Shown here: positions 32,902 through 46,426 of the stretch, piece by piece
Layout of the letters: each line of letters begins with the position of its first letter
How positions within the stretch are numbered: position 1 is the first letter of the stretch
From: an uncultured Methanosarcinales archaeon
GTDB taxonomy: Archaea; Halobacteriota; Methanosarcinia; Methanotrichales; Methanotrichaceae
Reading direction: 5' to 3'
Assembly: GCA_963843555.1 (NCBI GenBank)
Contig: CAWJKV010000017.1
Coordinates: 1 to 64,000, forward strand
Length of the DNA: 64,000 nt
Notes under the pieces: model-generated
Told to the model about the DNA's origin: nothing
The model's input: the letters and a program-made list of their open reading frames with translations, nothing else
Databases searched by the model: none
Program-made: the position numbers and the translations under genes

Positions 32902-33564
32902 ATGAATCGGCTCACTGCCTATGTCTCAGGACAAATCCAAAAGGTTGGCTATAGGAAAAGAGTCATAGATATAGCGAGGGCTTTTGGACTTAAAGGTATA
33001 ATAGAGAACCTGAATGATGGAAGGGTGAAGATCATTGCCGAAGGCGATGATGAAAAATTAAAATGGTTCGAGAGCGCTATCGACATAAAGAATACTCTCA
33101 TCCAGGTATCGTCTATTGAGACGACATACTCCGCAGCAGGCGGCGAGTTCAGCAAATTTGGCAAATTTGTAGAAGAGGGCGAGACGGATTCCAGGCTGGA
33201 CAAAGGCGTCGAGGTTATGAAAGAGATTCTTGTCGCCATAAAAGATGTAAATAGAAGTCTCGATGACATGAACTCAAATCTTGGCGGAAAGATCGATAAT
33301 CTTGGCGGAAAGATCGACACTCTTGGCGGGAAGATCGATACTCTTGGCGGAAAGATCGATACTCTTGGCGGAAAGATCGACCGCATTGACAGCAAGATGG
33401 ATCGGACGCTGCAAAAGCAGGACGAGCTTCTCGTCGAAGTCAAGGATATGAATGCAAGTCTCAACGATAAAATGGACAGAGTTCTGGATAAGAGCGATGT
33501 CTCTGATTTAAAGAGTGATATGGCTCAGGTGAAGTCTGCTCTGAAGGCCAAGGGAATAATCTAG
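32902..33564 (+). CDS. Acylphosphatase domain fused to a heptad-repeat tail
   Basis: VSGQIQKVGYR...GIIENLNDGRVKIIAEG, followed by (N/T)LGGKID repeats. Confidence 0.85.
   Translation: MNRLTAYVSGQIQKVGYRKRVIDIARAFGLKGIIENLNDGRVKIIAEGDDEKLKWFESAIDIKNTLIQVSSIETTYSAAGGEFSKFGKFVEEGETDSRLDKGVEVMKEILVAIKDVNRSLDDMNSNLGGKIDNLGGKIDTLGGKIDTLGGKIDTLGGKIDRIDSKMDRTLQKQDELLVEVKDMNASLNDKMDRVLDKSDVSDLKSDMAQVKSALKAKGII
33277..33381 (+). repeat. 21-bp coding tandem repeat, 5 copies
   Basis: a(a/c)tcttggcgg(a/g)aagatcga(t/c) x5. Confidence 0.95.
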
Positions 33565-33616
33565 AATCGAAGATGCTTCGTCTGCACCCGTTCGCCGGAC
33601 GATCCGAATCAAGGCG

Positions 33617-34458
33617 CTAGAATCCCATCCAGCCAAAGACCCCAATCATCTTCAGCCCGACAAAGATCATCAGCATCACGAAGATGTTTTTGAGCTTCTC
33701 CGCCGGCAGCCTGTGGGCGGCATTTACGCCGTACTTTGCAGCCAGCACGCTACCTCCCGCCAGCAGGGCGAACTGTAGCAGATTGATGTAGCCCAGAGAA
33801 TAAGGCGGAAGCCCGGCCACACCCCAACCATTGATAGCGTAGGCCAGTATCCCTCCCACAGAGTTGAAGGCAATCGTCACAGAAGAGGTGCCGATGGCCT
33901 GATACATGCTAAACCCCATGGTCACGACCATAGCCGGAATCAGGATTACGCCGCCGCCAATCCCGGTCAGCCCGGACATAATTCCCACCGCAGTTCCCCA
34001 GAGGACATATTTGAGGAGGCTGTCCTTTGACCTGTCCCCCGAAGTCTGCCTGGGCTGCAGGTTCCTGGCGAAGAGCATGCGCAGGGCTCCCATCAAGACC
34101 ACAACTCCGAAGATCATACGGAGCAGATCGCCGGGCGCATGAGCGCGATTGTTCCACCCAAAAAGGCTCCCGCGAGGCCGGAAAGTCCCATGGCAATTCC
34201 CGGCCGCCATAAGACCACTCCCCGGCAGCTATGACCGTAGCATCCGCTCAAGGAGGTGGGCAGGATGACGGCCAGTGAGGTTCCAAAGGCGATCCTGGTG
34301 GCGAGCGTTGGATCGATTCCTGTGGACGTAAGGGCCCAGATCTGCACGGGCACCATGATGAAGCCGCCCCCTACTCCCAGCAGGCCACAGGCAAATCCCA
34401 CGATTATGCCCGTGGTCAGCAGCACAAGAACATAGAGCAGTTGGGACTCTGTGATCAA
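33617..34458 (-). CDS. TauE/SafE sulfite-exporter family membrane protein, frameshifted
   Basis: Two GLxGxGGG repeats, plus AFGTSL and AIGTSS. Confidence 0.85.
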
Positions 34459-34465
34459 GCTCGTC

Positions 34466-35653
34466 TCAAGCGATCCCCAGCTCCCGGTGCTTCGCCAAAA
34501 TCTCATCCGCCAGCCGGTCAAGGGCCCTGAAATCGGCCTCTTTGGGATGCCCTTTGGCCACTACAGGATCGAGGAATTGCAGCTTCAGATTGGGCAGGGC
34601 TAGAGTGATCTGCTCCAGCATCTTGCCACCCCAGCCAAATGAGCCGATGATGGACGCATACCTTGCTTTTGGCCGCAGTGCATTGGCCAGAATGGCAGCA
34701 TAAAGCGCCAGGGGATGAGCTCCGGCGAGAATTGTGGATGTGCCTATAACTACCGTCGCCGCGTCCACCAATGCCTCGGCCAGGTCGCCTATGTCGCTGT
34801 TGGTGAGATCGAATCTTTTGACCTCGATTCCTCTGGAGATCAGAGCATCGACGAAGTAGTCCGACATGATCCGTGTGGCTCCATGCATGGATACAAAGGG
34901 CAGAACCACCTGGTTCTTAACATTGTCAGAAGCCCAGTCCCTGTAACTGCTCAACATGAACTCCGGCCTGTTGTAAGCCGGCCCATGGCTGGTGGCGATG
35001 ACATCAATATTTAGTGTCGAGATCCTGTCCAGGTGCCTTTTTATGTGCTGGCGGAAAGGCATCATGATCTCGGCGTAATACTTTTTGGCAGCTCTGTAGA
35101 CTGTTGCCTCATCAGTGGCATAAAGGTCGCTGGTGGCCAGATGTGAGCCCAGAAAATCGCAGGTGAAGAGAATCCGGTCTTCAGCAAGATAGGTGAACAT
35201 CGTGTCCGGCCAGTGCACCCAGGGAGCGCTGATGAACTGCAGAGTCTTGCCGCCAAGGTCGATCGTTTCGCCGTCCTTCACTTCTTGCATTCTCTCCTTG
35301 CCAACGAGGTCGAACTCATTGAGCAGCTCCAGGCATTTGGCTGAGCCTACCACTCTGGCATCGGGGTAGAGCTCGACCAGCCTTTTCAGGCTCCCGGAGT
35401 GGTCCTGCTCTGCGTGCTGGGCGACGATGTAGTCGATCTTTTTTATATCCAACGCTTTCAGGTTATCTATCAGCACATCGGCCATGGTCGCGTCCACGGC
35501 ATCTATGAGTGCGGTCTTATCCTGTCCCCGGATCAGGTAGGAGTTGTAGCTGGTTCCATCGGGCAGGGGAATCAGGGCATCAAATAGCCTGCGGTCCCAA
35601 TCTATTGCTCCAACCGACAGCACTCCCGGCTTAATCTCTCTTGTGAGTGTCAA
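34466..35653 (-). CDS. fprA: Flavodiiron protein (FprA)
   Basis: GTSYNSYLI, HAEQDHSG, PWVHWPD, FTCDFLGSH, SHG and a flavodoxin domain with SFGWGG. Confidence 0.93.
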   Translation of the reverse strand: MTLTREIKPGVLSVGAIDWDRRLFDALIPLPDGTSYNSYLIRGQDKTALIDAVDATMADVLIDNLKALDIKKIDYIVAQHAEQDHSGSLKRLVELYPDARVVGSAKCLELLNEFDLVGKERMQEVKDGETIDLGGKTLQFISAPWVHWPDTMFTYLAEDRILFTCDFLGSHLATSDLYATDEATVYRAAKKYYAEIMMPFRQHIKRHLDRISTLNIDVIATSHGPAYNRPEFMLSSYRDWASDNVKNQVVLPFVSMHGATRIMSDYFVDALISRGIEVKRFDLTNSDIGDLAEALVDAATVVIGTSTILAGAHPLALYAAILANALRPKARYASIIGSFGWGGKMLEQITLALPNLKLQFLDPVVAKGHPKEADFRALDRLADEILAKHRELGIA

Positions 35654-35739
35654 TTCTTTTCCTCCATTCTCATGTCTTCTTCCATTTCTCAGTTTCTTCC
35701 ATTCTCAGGTTTTCTCCAATCACTTTTTTTCCCAGACTT

Positions 35740-35904
35740 TCAGGCGAGTTCTTTGAAATCATCCTTTGCAGAACCGCATACCGGGCAGGTCCAGGTGTCG
35801 GGTAGCTTCTCGAAGGGCGTATTAGGTGCAACCCCCGAGTCAGGGTCTCCTTTCTCGGGATCGTAAATGTAACCGCAGACAGTACATTGATATCGATGAA
35901 CCAT
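35740..35904 (-). CDS. Rubredoxin
   Basis: [12 protein letters not shown]...[14 protein letters not shown]. Confidence 0.95.
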   Translation of the reverse strand: MVHRYQCTVCGYIYDPEKGDPDSGVAPNTPFEKLPDTWTCPVCGSAKDDFKELA

Positions 35905-36158
35905 GCGCTCAACTTCCCTTTTGCTTTTGTCCAATCTATTAGTCTAGTATTGGCCTGCAAAGTATTTAGTTATTAGTTAGATCGCCGTAAGCGGCCAAGA
36001 ATGAATTCGCCGTTCCGACCCTGGGCATAGATTCAGATCTATAAACAGGATCATTTCTCATATTTTTGGAACGTCCTCCTTTGGACCAAAAGCACTGAGG
36101 CAACAAAAAAGTTAAATAATAATGAGTTCTATGTAAGATTACGATTCGAGGTGTTACA

Positions 36159-36275
36159 ATGGCAGGCACCGGATCTAATAGAGAAGGCAAATTCAAATGT
36201 AAGGTCTGTCGAATGAACTTTGAGTCAAAAGAAGAACTGAAATTTCACTTGATGGAGGACCACAGCGACAATTGA
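36159..36275 (+). CDS. 38-aa C2H2 zinc-finger microprotein (not in the ORF track)
   Basis: MAGTGSNREGKFKCKVCRMNFESKEELKFHLMEDHSDN*, with GAGGTG 5 nt upstream of the ATG. Confidence 0.8.
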   Translation: MAGTGSNREGKFKCKVCRMNFESKEELKFHLMEDHSDN

Positions 36276-36484
36276 GCCAATTTTATAATCACTATCCGAG
36301 GAATCCCTGGATCCTGGCCATCGCGATCTCAAATTTTGTTTTATCCTATGTTTCAATTTTTCTAAGGGCCAGCAAGCTCATACTTTTTTTTACAGTTTTG
36401 GTTAGATAGTCCTTTCTGCGACTATTGGTCCCAGATGCATTTCTTTCTTCATTTCTGCATTTCTCCTATTTCCCATTCCTGTTC

Positions 36485-37939
36485 CTATTCAGCTGGAGAA
36501 CACTTAATGAATTCCTGGGCTATCATCCAGTGATCCTGGTCAGGCGTACTGGGGCTCTGCAACTCTGAGAAGGCCTTCACCAGCACCTCATTGATGGTAG
36601 GGTGGATGACCTGCGATTTTGTAACCGGTTTAAGGTTTTGGTACTCGGTGTTCATGAGGTAGACCACCTGCTGCACGAGCTCTGAGGCACCGGAGCCCAC
36701 CACAGTTGCGCCCAGGATTCGTCCCGTCTCCTCTTCCAGGATTACTTTCACGAAGCCATTCTGCTCGTCCATGGCCACGCCCTTGGCCATATCTATGTAC
36801 TTGGCCCGCCCTACCAGCACCTTCAGGCCTGCTGCCAGGGCGTCGGCCTCTTTCATGCCCACGCCCGAGATTTGCGGATGGGTGAAGATGGCATAAGGCA
36901 CGGCGTGGTAGTCAACCTTTTCCCGATCGCCCTTATTCTTGGCTTTCAGCAGATTATGTATTACCACCTTCGATTCGTAGTTGGCAGTATGGCGGAACAT
37001 GTGCTTTCCGAGGCAGTCTCCAAGTGCCCAGATGTCCTTTTTTCCTGTTTCCAGGTAATCGTTCACCTTGATCCAGCCGTGCTCGTCCGTCTCCACGCCT
37101 GTCTTCTCGGGATGGAGGAGGTCGGAGTTGGATCTGCGGCCGGCCGCGAGAAGTATCTCGTCCGCCTCGAACTGTCTGACCTTACCGTTCTTCACTTCTT
37201 TAGCCGAGACTACCTTTTTGCCGTCCTTTTCGTTCGACCGAAACGACCTCATGTCCTGGTGACCACCCTCATGTACTCGGAGAGCACTTTTTGCAGCATT
37301 TCTGACGCCTCCGGGTCCTCGCCGCTGAGCACCTGAGGGCTTCGCCCTATGAGGGTGACATCCGTTCCAATGGCCGAGAAGAAGTGTCCGAACTCGCAGC
37401 CGATGTAGCCTGCTCCGATTATGATCAGGCTCTTGGGCGGAGCGTCTCCAGGCTAAGAAGGCTGACATGGTCCAGATAGCCGGTTTCTTCCAGTCCCGGG
37501 ATGGGAGGAACCAGCGAGCGAGCTCCTGTGGCGATGACAAATTTTGAGGCAGTGATTGTTCGTTCGCCCACTTTCAGAAGATAGTCGCCGGTGAACTCCG
37601 CCTTCTCCCGATAGTAGGTTAGACCCTTCTTGGCTGCAATTGCCGCTTCGAGGTTGGTGCGGTTTCTATCCACGACCCTATGCATGCGGCTCATGATCTT
37701 GGGAAAATCGATCTTGTCGATGGACGGCCGTGCACGCCTACGGCTCTTGCCTCCTGAAGGGTTCTGATGACGTCTGCCGGATAGATGAGCAGCTTGGAGG
37801 GGACGCAGCCGGTGTTCAGGCAGGTGCCGCCTGTGGGGCCAAAGTCCACCAGAGCGACCCGCAATCCTGAATATACGGCTTGAGATGCTACGTGTGTTCC
37901 TGCTCCAGAGCCGATTACGATGAGATCGAATCTATCCAT
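36485..37939 (-). CDS. Class I pyridine nucleotide-disulfide oxidoreductase (dihydrolipoamide dehydrogenase-like), frameshifted
   Basis: VIGSGAG, GGTCLNTGCVPSK, IATGAR, WALGD and HPTINE. Confidence 0.9.
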
Positions 37940-37984
37940 GATATCAGTTTTAGATGGGCTTTGATCGGATAAATATATGCGGCC

Positions 37985-38230
37985 TTAGTGCGTCCCGTCA
38001 CTCCAGCTCGTAACACCCGCGCGGAACCCCGGAAGATGTTGTTAGATCTTTTGCACTTAGTTATAAGATATGCTAATGTCATTCAACTGCAGACTGAACT
38101 ATGTAGATGCAAGCAAGGACTGCTTTTTGATCCTCCTTCCAGGGTGCCGCGAGTCGGCCTGCGGGCCGCGCCAACGAGCCGCTCCAGGCAGCGGCCGGCC
38201 GAGCGACGGCGGTTAAGCTGCAGACTTATC
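37985..38230 (-). repeat. GC-rich repeat family, core copy 3 (inverted orientation)
   Basis: The reverse complement reads gtctgcagcttaaccgccgtcgctcggccggccgc...ggccgactcgcggcaccctggaag [spacer] cttccggggttccgcgcgggtgttacg...gtgacggg. Confidence 0.88.
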
Positions 38231-38248
38231 GATTGTAAATGTCTTTTC

Positions 38249-38590
38249 TTATCCTTGCCACTCCGACAATTTTCGCCGCGCAATCTCAGCATCCGGGCTT
38301 TCGATTTGCTCGAAAATCCCAAGTGCCGCCTTTGCATGATCGATCGCCTCCGGCCGCTGGCCGAGCTTGTAGAGCGCCAGGCTCATGTTGAACAGGGCAT
38401 CTCCTTCTCCTCTGGGGTGTTCGATCTTGCAGGCGATCTCTAACGATTGCTCACAGATTTTCTCCTTCAATCCATGGATCCCCAATCTCTCGGCTGATTG
38501 CCGTGCCTGCTCGTAGTATTCGATTGCTTTTCGAGTCTCGCCCAGATCCGGGTTTTCTTTTTGCCAAATTACTTTCAAAAAAAATTTCAA
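38249..38590 (-). pseudogene. C-terminal fragment of a TPR protein
   Basis: DLGETRKAIEYYEQA...RGEGDALFNMSLALYKLGQRPEAI; no credible N-terminus. Confidence 0.65.
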
Positions 38591-39037
38591 TTTAATCTAT
38601 TCTGTGGTACCACACCTTCAATAAATACACTCTAGGAAACATATTTAACTGATTGGATCTTATTGGGTGCACTATGGGAATCCCCTGAAGCATCGCATCT
38701 CTACCATTGATCTGGATTTCAGCAGGTACCCTATGCCTGAGGCTTTGAAAAGAGGGAGGTCTGGCACTTCAAATAAAGCAAGATGCATATGGGGAGAACG
38801 GCCATGGTTTGATGGTCCGATAATTTCGAAATACAAGCAATCGTATCGCATGGCACCAAATAGAGCCTGGGCGGGATACACCGATTGAAGCTGTCAAGTT
38901 TCGCAAGAGCACATACTATGAGGATATTGGATGGCGAGCCCCTGAGAAGGGAATTAGTCTTTGGCTGCCGTCAGATTAAAAGCAGCACCAGATCCTTTTG
39001 ATGCACCGCTGAGTGTAGCAGATTAGGGGTGGGGTAT

Positions 39038-41452
39038 ATGGCAAAGGATAAACGCCCAAGATCTAATATTTCAAGAATCGCAGGACAAATCGAAGAACTG
39101 CGCAAAATGGGCCCAAATGCACCGGATAATTTCGCAAAGATCCTATCAGAAGCCCTGGAAGAGCTCGAGGCCAGCCTGGAAGAGCAAACCATTGCAGATG
39201 AGGAGCTCGCCCGCCAGAATGAGTTGCTGATCGAAACGGAGGAGCGATTTCGAATGGCAATAGATTTCACCAATGATTGGGAGACCTGGCTCGATCCAAA
39301 AGGAAATTATGTTTATGTCTCGCCATCCTGCGAGCACATCACGGGATATACCGTAAATGAGTTTCTGGAAGATCCGGAGCTTATTGAAAAGATCGTACAT
39401 CCCCTCGACCGGGACCTATTTCCGAGACACTTCCGCAAGAGAGACGATGAAACGCAGCCTATTGATTTCAGAATAATTGCCCGCAACGGAGATGTGCGCT
39501 GGCTCTCCCATATCTGTCAGCCCGTCTTCCGCTCCAATGGACTGTATCTCGGCAGGCGAGCCAGCAACCGCGACATCACGGAACGCAAGCATCGCGAGGA
39601 GCAGATTGCCAAGCTGACCCGTCTCTACGCCGTCCTGAGCAAGGTGAATGAGGCAATAGTTCGAATCCGTGATGAGAAATCGTTGTTCGGCGAGATTAGC
39701 CGGATTATGGCAGAAGAAGGCGGTTTCCCTCTGGTTTGGTTCGGGCAGGTAAAAGGGCTGGAAGTGGTTCCAATAGCCTGGAGCGGGCCGGCTGGGGACT
39801 ACCTGAAAGAGATAAAAGTGGAGGTGCAGGGCGAATTGGGCAAAGGCCCGACAGGGACCTGCATCCGGAATGACCTATCCGTAATCAACGATGATTTTGC
39901 AGCCAGTCTTGACGCTTCCCCCTGGCCTGAACTGGCCCAGCGTTACGGATTTCGTGCTTCGGCATCATTCCCCTTGCGCCGCCGGGGGAGGGTCTCGGGC
40001 GCATTCACGCTTTATGCCTTCGAGCCCCAAGCCTTTGACGCCGAGCAGGTCAGCCTCCTCGAATCGCTTAGCTCCGACATATCCTATGCCCTGGATGCCA
40101 TTGACCATGAGCATTTCCGTGTCCAGGCTGAAGGGGCTCTCTCCAAGAGCAGAGACGAGCTGGCAGAGAAGGTCCGGGAGAGGACCGCTGAACTGACCCT
40201 GGCCAAGGAGGAGCTGGAGGCAGCGAATGAGGAACTGCAGGTCGAGCTTGAGGAGCACCGGAAGCTTGAGATGGATCTGGTCAAGGCAAAGGAGGCAGCT
40301 GAGGCCGCTGCCGAGGCCAAGACCACTTTCCTGGCCAATATGTCTCACGAGCTGCGCACTCCAATGAATGCCGTGATCGGTTTCACAAGTCTCCTCCTGG
40401 AAGATACCCTGGACAAGGGGCAGAGGGATTGCGTAGAAGGTATCAGGAATGGCGGCGAAGCCCTACTGGCCATAATCAACGATATCCTGGACTTCACAAG
40501 ATTGGACAAAGAGAAGCTGGAACTCGAGCACCAGCCTCTCAGCCTCAAGCATTGCATAGATGAGTCCCTGGATCTGGTTAAGATTCATGCCAATCAGAAG
40601 GGTCTGAGACTGGCCTATACCATCAACTATGGAAACCCGGATGTTATTATTGGAGATCAGGGAAGGCTCAGACAGATCCTGGTCAATCTGCTCAGCAATG
40701 CCATAAAATTCACGGATATGGGGGACGTATCAGTGTCCGTCTCCTCAAAAGCTGCCGCTGACAACAAGCATCAGATCCTCTTCACAGTCAAGGATACGGG
40801 TATTGGCATACCACAGGACAAGATGGACAGGCTTTTTGAGCCCTTTGGCCAATTGGAGCGCACCATCAGCCGAAAGCGTGACGGTGTGGGACTGGGTCTG
40901 GCCATAAGCCGCAACCTTGTAGAACAGATGGGCGGCAAGATCTGGGCTGAGAGCGTTCCCGGCCAGGGTTCGGCCTTCAGCTTCACAATTCTGGCCGAGG
41001 TTCTGCATGGCAAGAGCCTGGATACAAAGTATGCAGACCGAGATACCGCTTTTGAGAGCCTCTCAGGGGAAAAGCCCCTGAGCATCCTCGTGGCTGAAGA
41101 TAACCCTTCCAATCAGAGAGTGCTGGTCGAGATGCTAAAACGTATGGGCTACCGGCCTGATGCTGTGGCAGATGGCAAGGAGGTCCTGCAGGCTCTTGAA
41201 CTCCGGCATTATGACCTGGTTCTCATGGATATCAGAATGCCAGAGATGGATGGAATCGCTGTCACTCAGGTTATACACAGGCTCTGGCCCGAGAATAAAC
41301 CTAAGATAGTGGCAATCACCGCCTATGCGATGCCAGGTGATCAGCAGAGGTGTCTTGTTGCCGGGATGGATGATTACCTCAGCAAGCCGGTGAAGAAAAG
41401 AGAGCTGGCGGCGATTCTGAAGAAGTACTCGCTTTTTGGAGAAAATTCATAG
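39038..41452 (+). CDS. Hybrid PAS-GAF histidine kinase/receiver
   Basis: PAS, GAF (GKGPTG, ASFPL), [23 protein letters not shown] and a receiver domain. Confidence 0.93.
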   Translation: MAKDKRPRSNISRIAGQIEELRKMGPNAPDNFAKILSEALEELEASLEEQTIADEELARQNELLIETEERFRMAIDFTNDWETWLDPKGNYVYVSPSCEHITGYTVNEFLEDPELIEKIVHPLDRDLFPRHFRKRDDETQPIDFRIIARNGDVRWLSHICQPVFRSNGLYLGRRASNRDITERKHREEQIAKLTRLYAVLSKVNEAIVRIRDEKSLFGEISRIMAEEGGFPLVWFGQVKGLEVVPIAWSGPAGDYLKEIKVEVQGELGKGPTGTCIRNDLSVINDDFAASLDASPWPELAQRYGFRASASFPLRRRGRVSGAFTLYAFEPQAFDAEQVSLLESLSSDISYALDAIDHEHFRVQAEGALSKSRDELAEKVRERTAELTLAKEELEAANEELQVELEEHRKLEMDLVKAKEAAEAAAEAKTTFLANMSHELRTPMNAVIGFTSLLLEDTLDKGQRDCVEGIRNGGEALLAIINDILDFTRLDKEKLELEHQPLSLKHCIDESLDLVKIHANQKGLRLAYTINYGNPDVIIGDQGRLRQILVNLLSNAIKFTDMGDVSVSVSSKAAADNKHQILFTVKDTGIGIPQDKMDRLFEPFGQLERTISRKRDGVGLGLAISRNLVEQMGGKIWAESVPGQGSAFSFTILAEVLHGKSLDTKYADRDTAFESLSGEKPLSILVAEDNPSNQRVLVEMLKRMGYRPDAVADGKEVLQALELRHYDLVLMDIRMPEMDGIAVTQVIHRLWPENKPKIVAITAYAMPGDQQRCLVAGMDDYLSKPVKKRELAAILKKYSLFGENS

Positions 41453-41580
41453 AAATCGTCTTTGCCGCAAAGGCAATCTTTATAGGGGATGACATCTCAG
41501 CATGATTTCGGCGCAGAGGATGGCCATAACCGATAAAGGTTAAAGCAGATCGACGCAGTTGTCGGGACGCCTTTGTCAAT

Positions 41581-41652
41581 GCCAAGGTGGCGGAGCGGCT
41601 ACGCAAATGCCTGCAGAGCATTACCACTCCGGTTCGAATCCGGACCTTGGCT
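41581..41652 (+). tRNA. tRNA-Cys(GCA)
   Basis: Acceptor stem GCCAAGG/CCTTGGC, anticodon arm AATGC-CTGCAGA-GCATT, T arm TCCGG-TTCGAAT-CCGGA; BRE/TATA-like ccgataaaggttaaag upstream. Confidence 0.95.
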
Positions 41653-41857
41653 TTCTGATCCTATGAGGTACTCGTCCTCATTTTCCCGTATTCGCTCTTC
41701 GTGCTCTTAATCTGAAACAATTATGGCGAGCAATATCTCGCAAATAGCGGATAAAGCATTGCTGCATTCCGTTAATAAAATTTAAGTTATATTTAAGGGA
41801 AAAGCTTATATCTGCTCAGGATATTTCATTACAGTCCTAATTATTCAGGAGGCTTAA

Positions 41858-43756
<1,899 letters not shown>

Positions 43757-43764
43757 GGTGGCTT

Positions 43765-46158
43765 TTGACGGAAATACAGGTTAACATCACTGAGGAGATG
43801 AAGTCCTCCTACATCGATTACGCCATGAGTGTGATTGTAGGGAGGGCTTTGCCTGATGTGAGGGATGGGCTGAAGCCCGTTCACAGGCGCATTCTTTATG
43901 CCATGTATGAGCAGGGCATGACCCACGATCAGCCCTACAAGAAGTCCGCTCGTGTGGTCGGAGACGTAATGGGCAAGTACCATCCGCACGGGGATGCTGC
44001 CATCTATGAGACTATGGTCAGAATGGCCCAGAAGTTCTCCATGCGCTATCCTTTGATCGACGGCCAGGGCAACTTCGGTTCCGTCGATGGGGACCCGGCA
44101 GCGGCCATGCGTTACACTGAAGTAAGGCTCTCCAGGATCGCGGAAGAGATGCTAGCGGACATTGAGAAGAATACAGTCGACTTTGTGCCCAACTATGACG
44201 GCTCACTGAAAGAGCCGACAGTCCTACCAGGAAAGCTCCCCAACCTTCTCCTCAACGGTTCTACGGGCATTGCCGTAGGCATGGCGACCAACATTCCGCC
44301 TCACAATCTGAATGAGCTGGCAGGGGCTATCATTTACCTCATAGATCAGCCGCAGGCTACGATTGCGGAATTGATGCATTTTTTGCCCGGGCCTGATTTT
44401 CCTACGGGAGCCTTTATCGTGGGCAGAGTTGGGATTGAGGCTGCCTATATGACCGGTCGGGGAAGCATATTGCTGCAGTCCAAGTCGGAGATCGAGGAAG
44501 GGACGAGAAGCACCAAGATCATCTTCACAGAGCTGCCCTACCAGGTGAACAAGTCCAAGCTGATTGAGGATATGGCGGAGATGGTCAAGGGCGGTCGCCT
44601 GGAAGGCATATCCGATCTGAGGGACGAATCGGATAAGGATGGCATCAGACTGGTGGTGGAGGTCAAGAGCGGCTTCAATGTTCATGTGGTCTTGAATCAA
44701 CTTCATAAGCACACCGCACTTCAAACCAGCTACGGCATCAACAATATGGTTTTGGTGGACGGTCTTCCCAAGACAGTCTCTTTGAAGGAGACCTTGGAGC
44801 AGTACATTTACTATCGCTCCATAGTTGTCGAGAGGCGGACCAGGTTCGAGCTTGATGCGGCTGAGAAGAGGGCCCATATCCTGGCCGGCCTCCTCATTGC
44901 TCTGAAAAACATCGATGAAGTAATAAGGATAATCAAGGCTGCAGAATCGCCTGTGGTTGCAAAGGATGCTTTGATGCAAGCTTTCCTGCTCTCTGAGGAG
45001 CAGGCCAAAGCCATTCTGGATATGAGGCTGCAACGCCTCACGGGTTTGGAACAGGAGAAGATCGTCACCGAAGCGGCAGAGCTGGAGAAGCTCATCGCCC
45101 GGCTGAGGCAGATCCTCTCCAGCAACCTGGAGATTCTCAGCATCATCAAAGAAGAGCTTACACAGCTCATAAACACCTACGGAGACGAGCGCCGCACATT
45201 GATCATCGAGGCGGAGGGCGAGGTCAGCCGGGAGGATCTCATCCAGGAGGAAGAGGTGGCTGTGACTATCACCAGCTCCGGGTACATCAAACGCCAGCCC
45301 CTCACAGCATACCGCATGCAGCGTCGCGGCGGTCGGGGAGTTATTGGCGCTGAGACCAAGACCGAAGAATTCGTTACAGATGTCTTTACCGCCTCCACCA
45401 AGGACTATCTGCTCTTCTTCACAGACAAGGGCAAAGCCCACTGGCTCAAGGTCTATGAGGTGCCGTCTCTGGGAAGAGTGACGCGCGGCAAGTCTATTGT
45501 AAATCTCCTGCAACTGGAGCCGGATGAGAAGATGACGGGCGCGATACCTGTGAAAAGCTTTGAGGCGGGGTTCATTGTCCTTGTAACCAAGAGCGGAAGC
45601 ATTGTGAAGATGCCTTTGCAGGCCTTCAGCAACCCCCGCAAGGGTGGCATCAAGGCCGTAAACCTGAAGGGCGACAGCCTGATCTCAGCGAAGCTTACGG
45701 ACGGAGGAAAGGAGCTGCTGGTGGCCACCAAGTTCGGCAAGGCTATCCGGTTCAAGGAGAGCGACGTGCGCGCCTCCAATCGCGGCACCATGGGCGTGAA
45801 GGCGATCAGCCTCAACATGGGGGACGAGCTGATCAGCATGGATGTGATCCAGGCGGGCTCCAGTTCCACTCTCCTCACCATCACCAACCAGGGATATGGC
45901 AAGAGGTCGGAGCTGGAGGAGTATCCTCAACAGAGAAGGGGCGGCAAGGGTGTCAAGAATATCGACGCCAGAAAGGGCTTCGTCTGCTGCACCACCACTG
46001 TCTCTGAAGAGGACGAGCTGCTGGTTACAACCAAGGACGGCGTGGTGATACGCATCCCGACCAATGAGATCCGCGTACAGGGGCGGTCCACGCAGGGCGT
46101 GCGCATCATGAATGTGAAACCGGGCGACGAGGTCGCGGCGGTGGCGAGGATCACCTAA
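43765..46158 (+). CDS. gyrA: DNA gyrase subunit A
   Basis: [23 protein letters not shown] and the GyrA-box QRRGGRG. Confidence 0.97.
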   Translation: MTEIQVNITEEMKSSYIDYAMSVIVGRALPDVRDGLKPVHRRILYAMYEQGMTHDQPYKKSARVVGDVMGKYHPHGDAAIYETMVRMAQKFSMRYPLIDGQGNFGSVDGDPAAAMRYTEVRLSRIAEEMLADIEKNTVDFVPNYDGSLKEPTVLPGKLPNLLLNGSTGIAVGMATNIPPHNLNELAGAIIYLIDQPQATIAELMHFLPGPDFPTGAFIVGRVGIEAAYMTGRGSILLQSKSEIEEGTRSTKIIFTELPYQVNKSKLIEDMAEMVKGGRLEGISDLRDESDKDGIRLVVEVKSGFNVHVVLNQLHKHTALQTSYGINNMVLVDGLPKTVSLKETLEQYIYYRSIVVERRTRFELDAAEKRAHILAGLLIALKNIDEVIRIIKAAESPVVAKDALMQAFLLSEEQAKAILDMRLQRLTGLEQEKIVTEAAELEKLIARLRQILSSNLEILSIIKEELTQLINTYGDERRTLIIEAEGEVSREDLIQEEEVAVTITSSGYIKRQPLTAYRMQRRGGRGVIGAETKTEEFVTDVFTASTKDYLLFFTDKGKAHWLKVYEVPSLGRVTRGKSIVNLLQLEPDEKMTGAIPVKSFEAGFIVLVTKSGSIVKMPLQAFSNPRKGGIKAVNLKGDSLISAKLTDGGKELLVATKFGKAIRFKESDVRASNRGTMGVKAISLNMGDELISMDVIQAGSSSTLLTITNQGYGKRSELEEYPQQRRGGKGVKNIDARKGFVCCTTTVSEEDELLVTTKDGVVIRIPTNEIRVQGRSTQGVRIMNVKPGDEVAAVARIT

Positions 46159-46426
46159 GGTTCCTCCACCGCCGTTTTTTTCAATTTTTTGATTTGAATT
46201 GTTTAGGAGCAAAACAATCTTTTATGGCTTTTGCCGGAGTGAGTTGTAAAGTAAACCCCACCTGTTTTAGAAACTTTTATAAATCTAGGAATCATATACT
46301 AAGTAGGTAAATAGAATATATCTTTGAGTATATAAAAAGTAAGTGAAGGAGGAAAATGGCAAAACAAAAAAGAGAAATGAAAGGAGCAGCAAGTTGAATA
46401 ACGTGGCTAAAGGTAAGGCGTAGATT

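Noticed and set aside
33277..33381. 21-bp repeats as a CRISPR array
   Set aside because: There are no spacers, the repeat is in-frame coding sequence, and no cas genes are present.
41581..41700. tRNA-Cys as an integration site
   Set aside because: I saw no duplicate of its 3' end and no integrase in the window.
44224..45513. Long antisense ORFs (e.g. 429 aa opposite gyrA, and others opposite acs and fdhA)
   Set aside because: These are shadow ORFs produced by codon bias in GC-rich genes and carry no recognisable motifs.
45928..45950. Second GyrA-box-like QRRGGKG
   Set aside because: This is expected degenerate repetition among the GyrA C-terminal blades.
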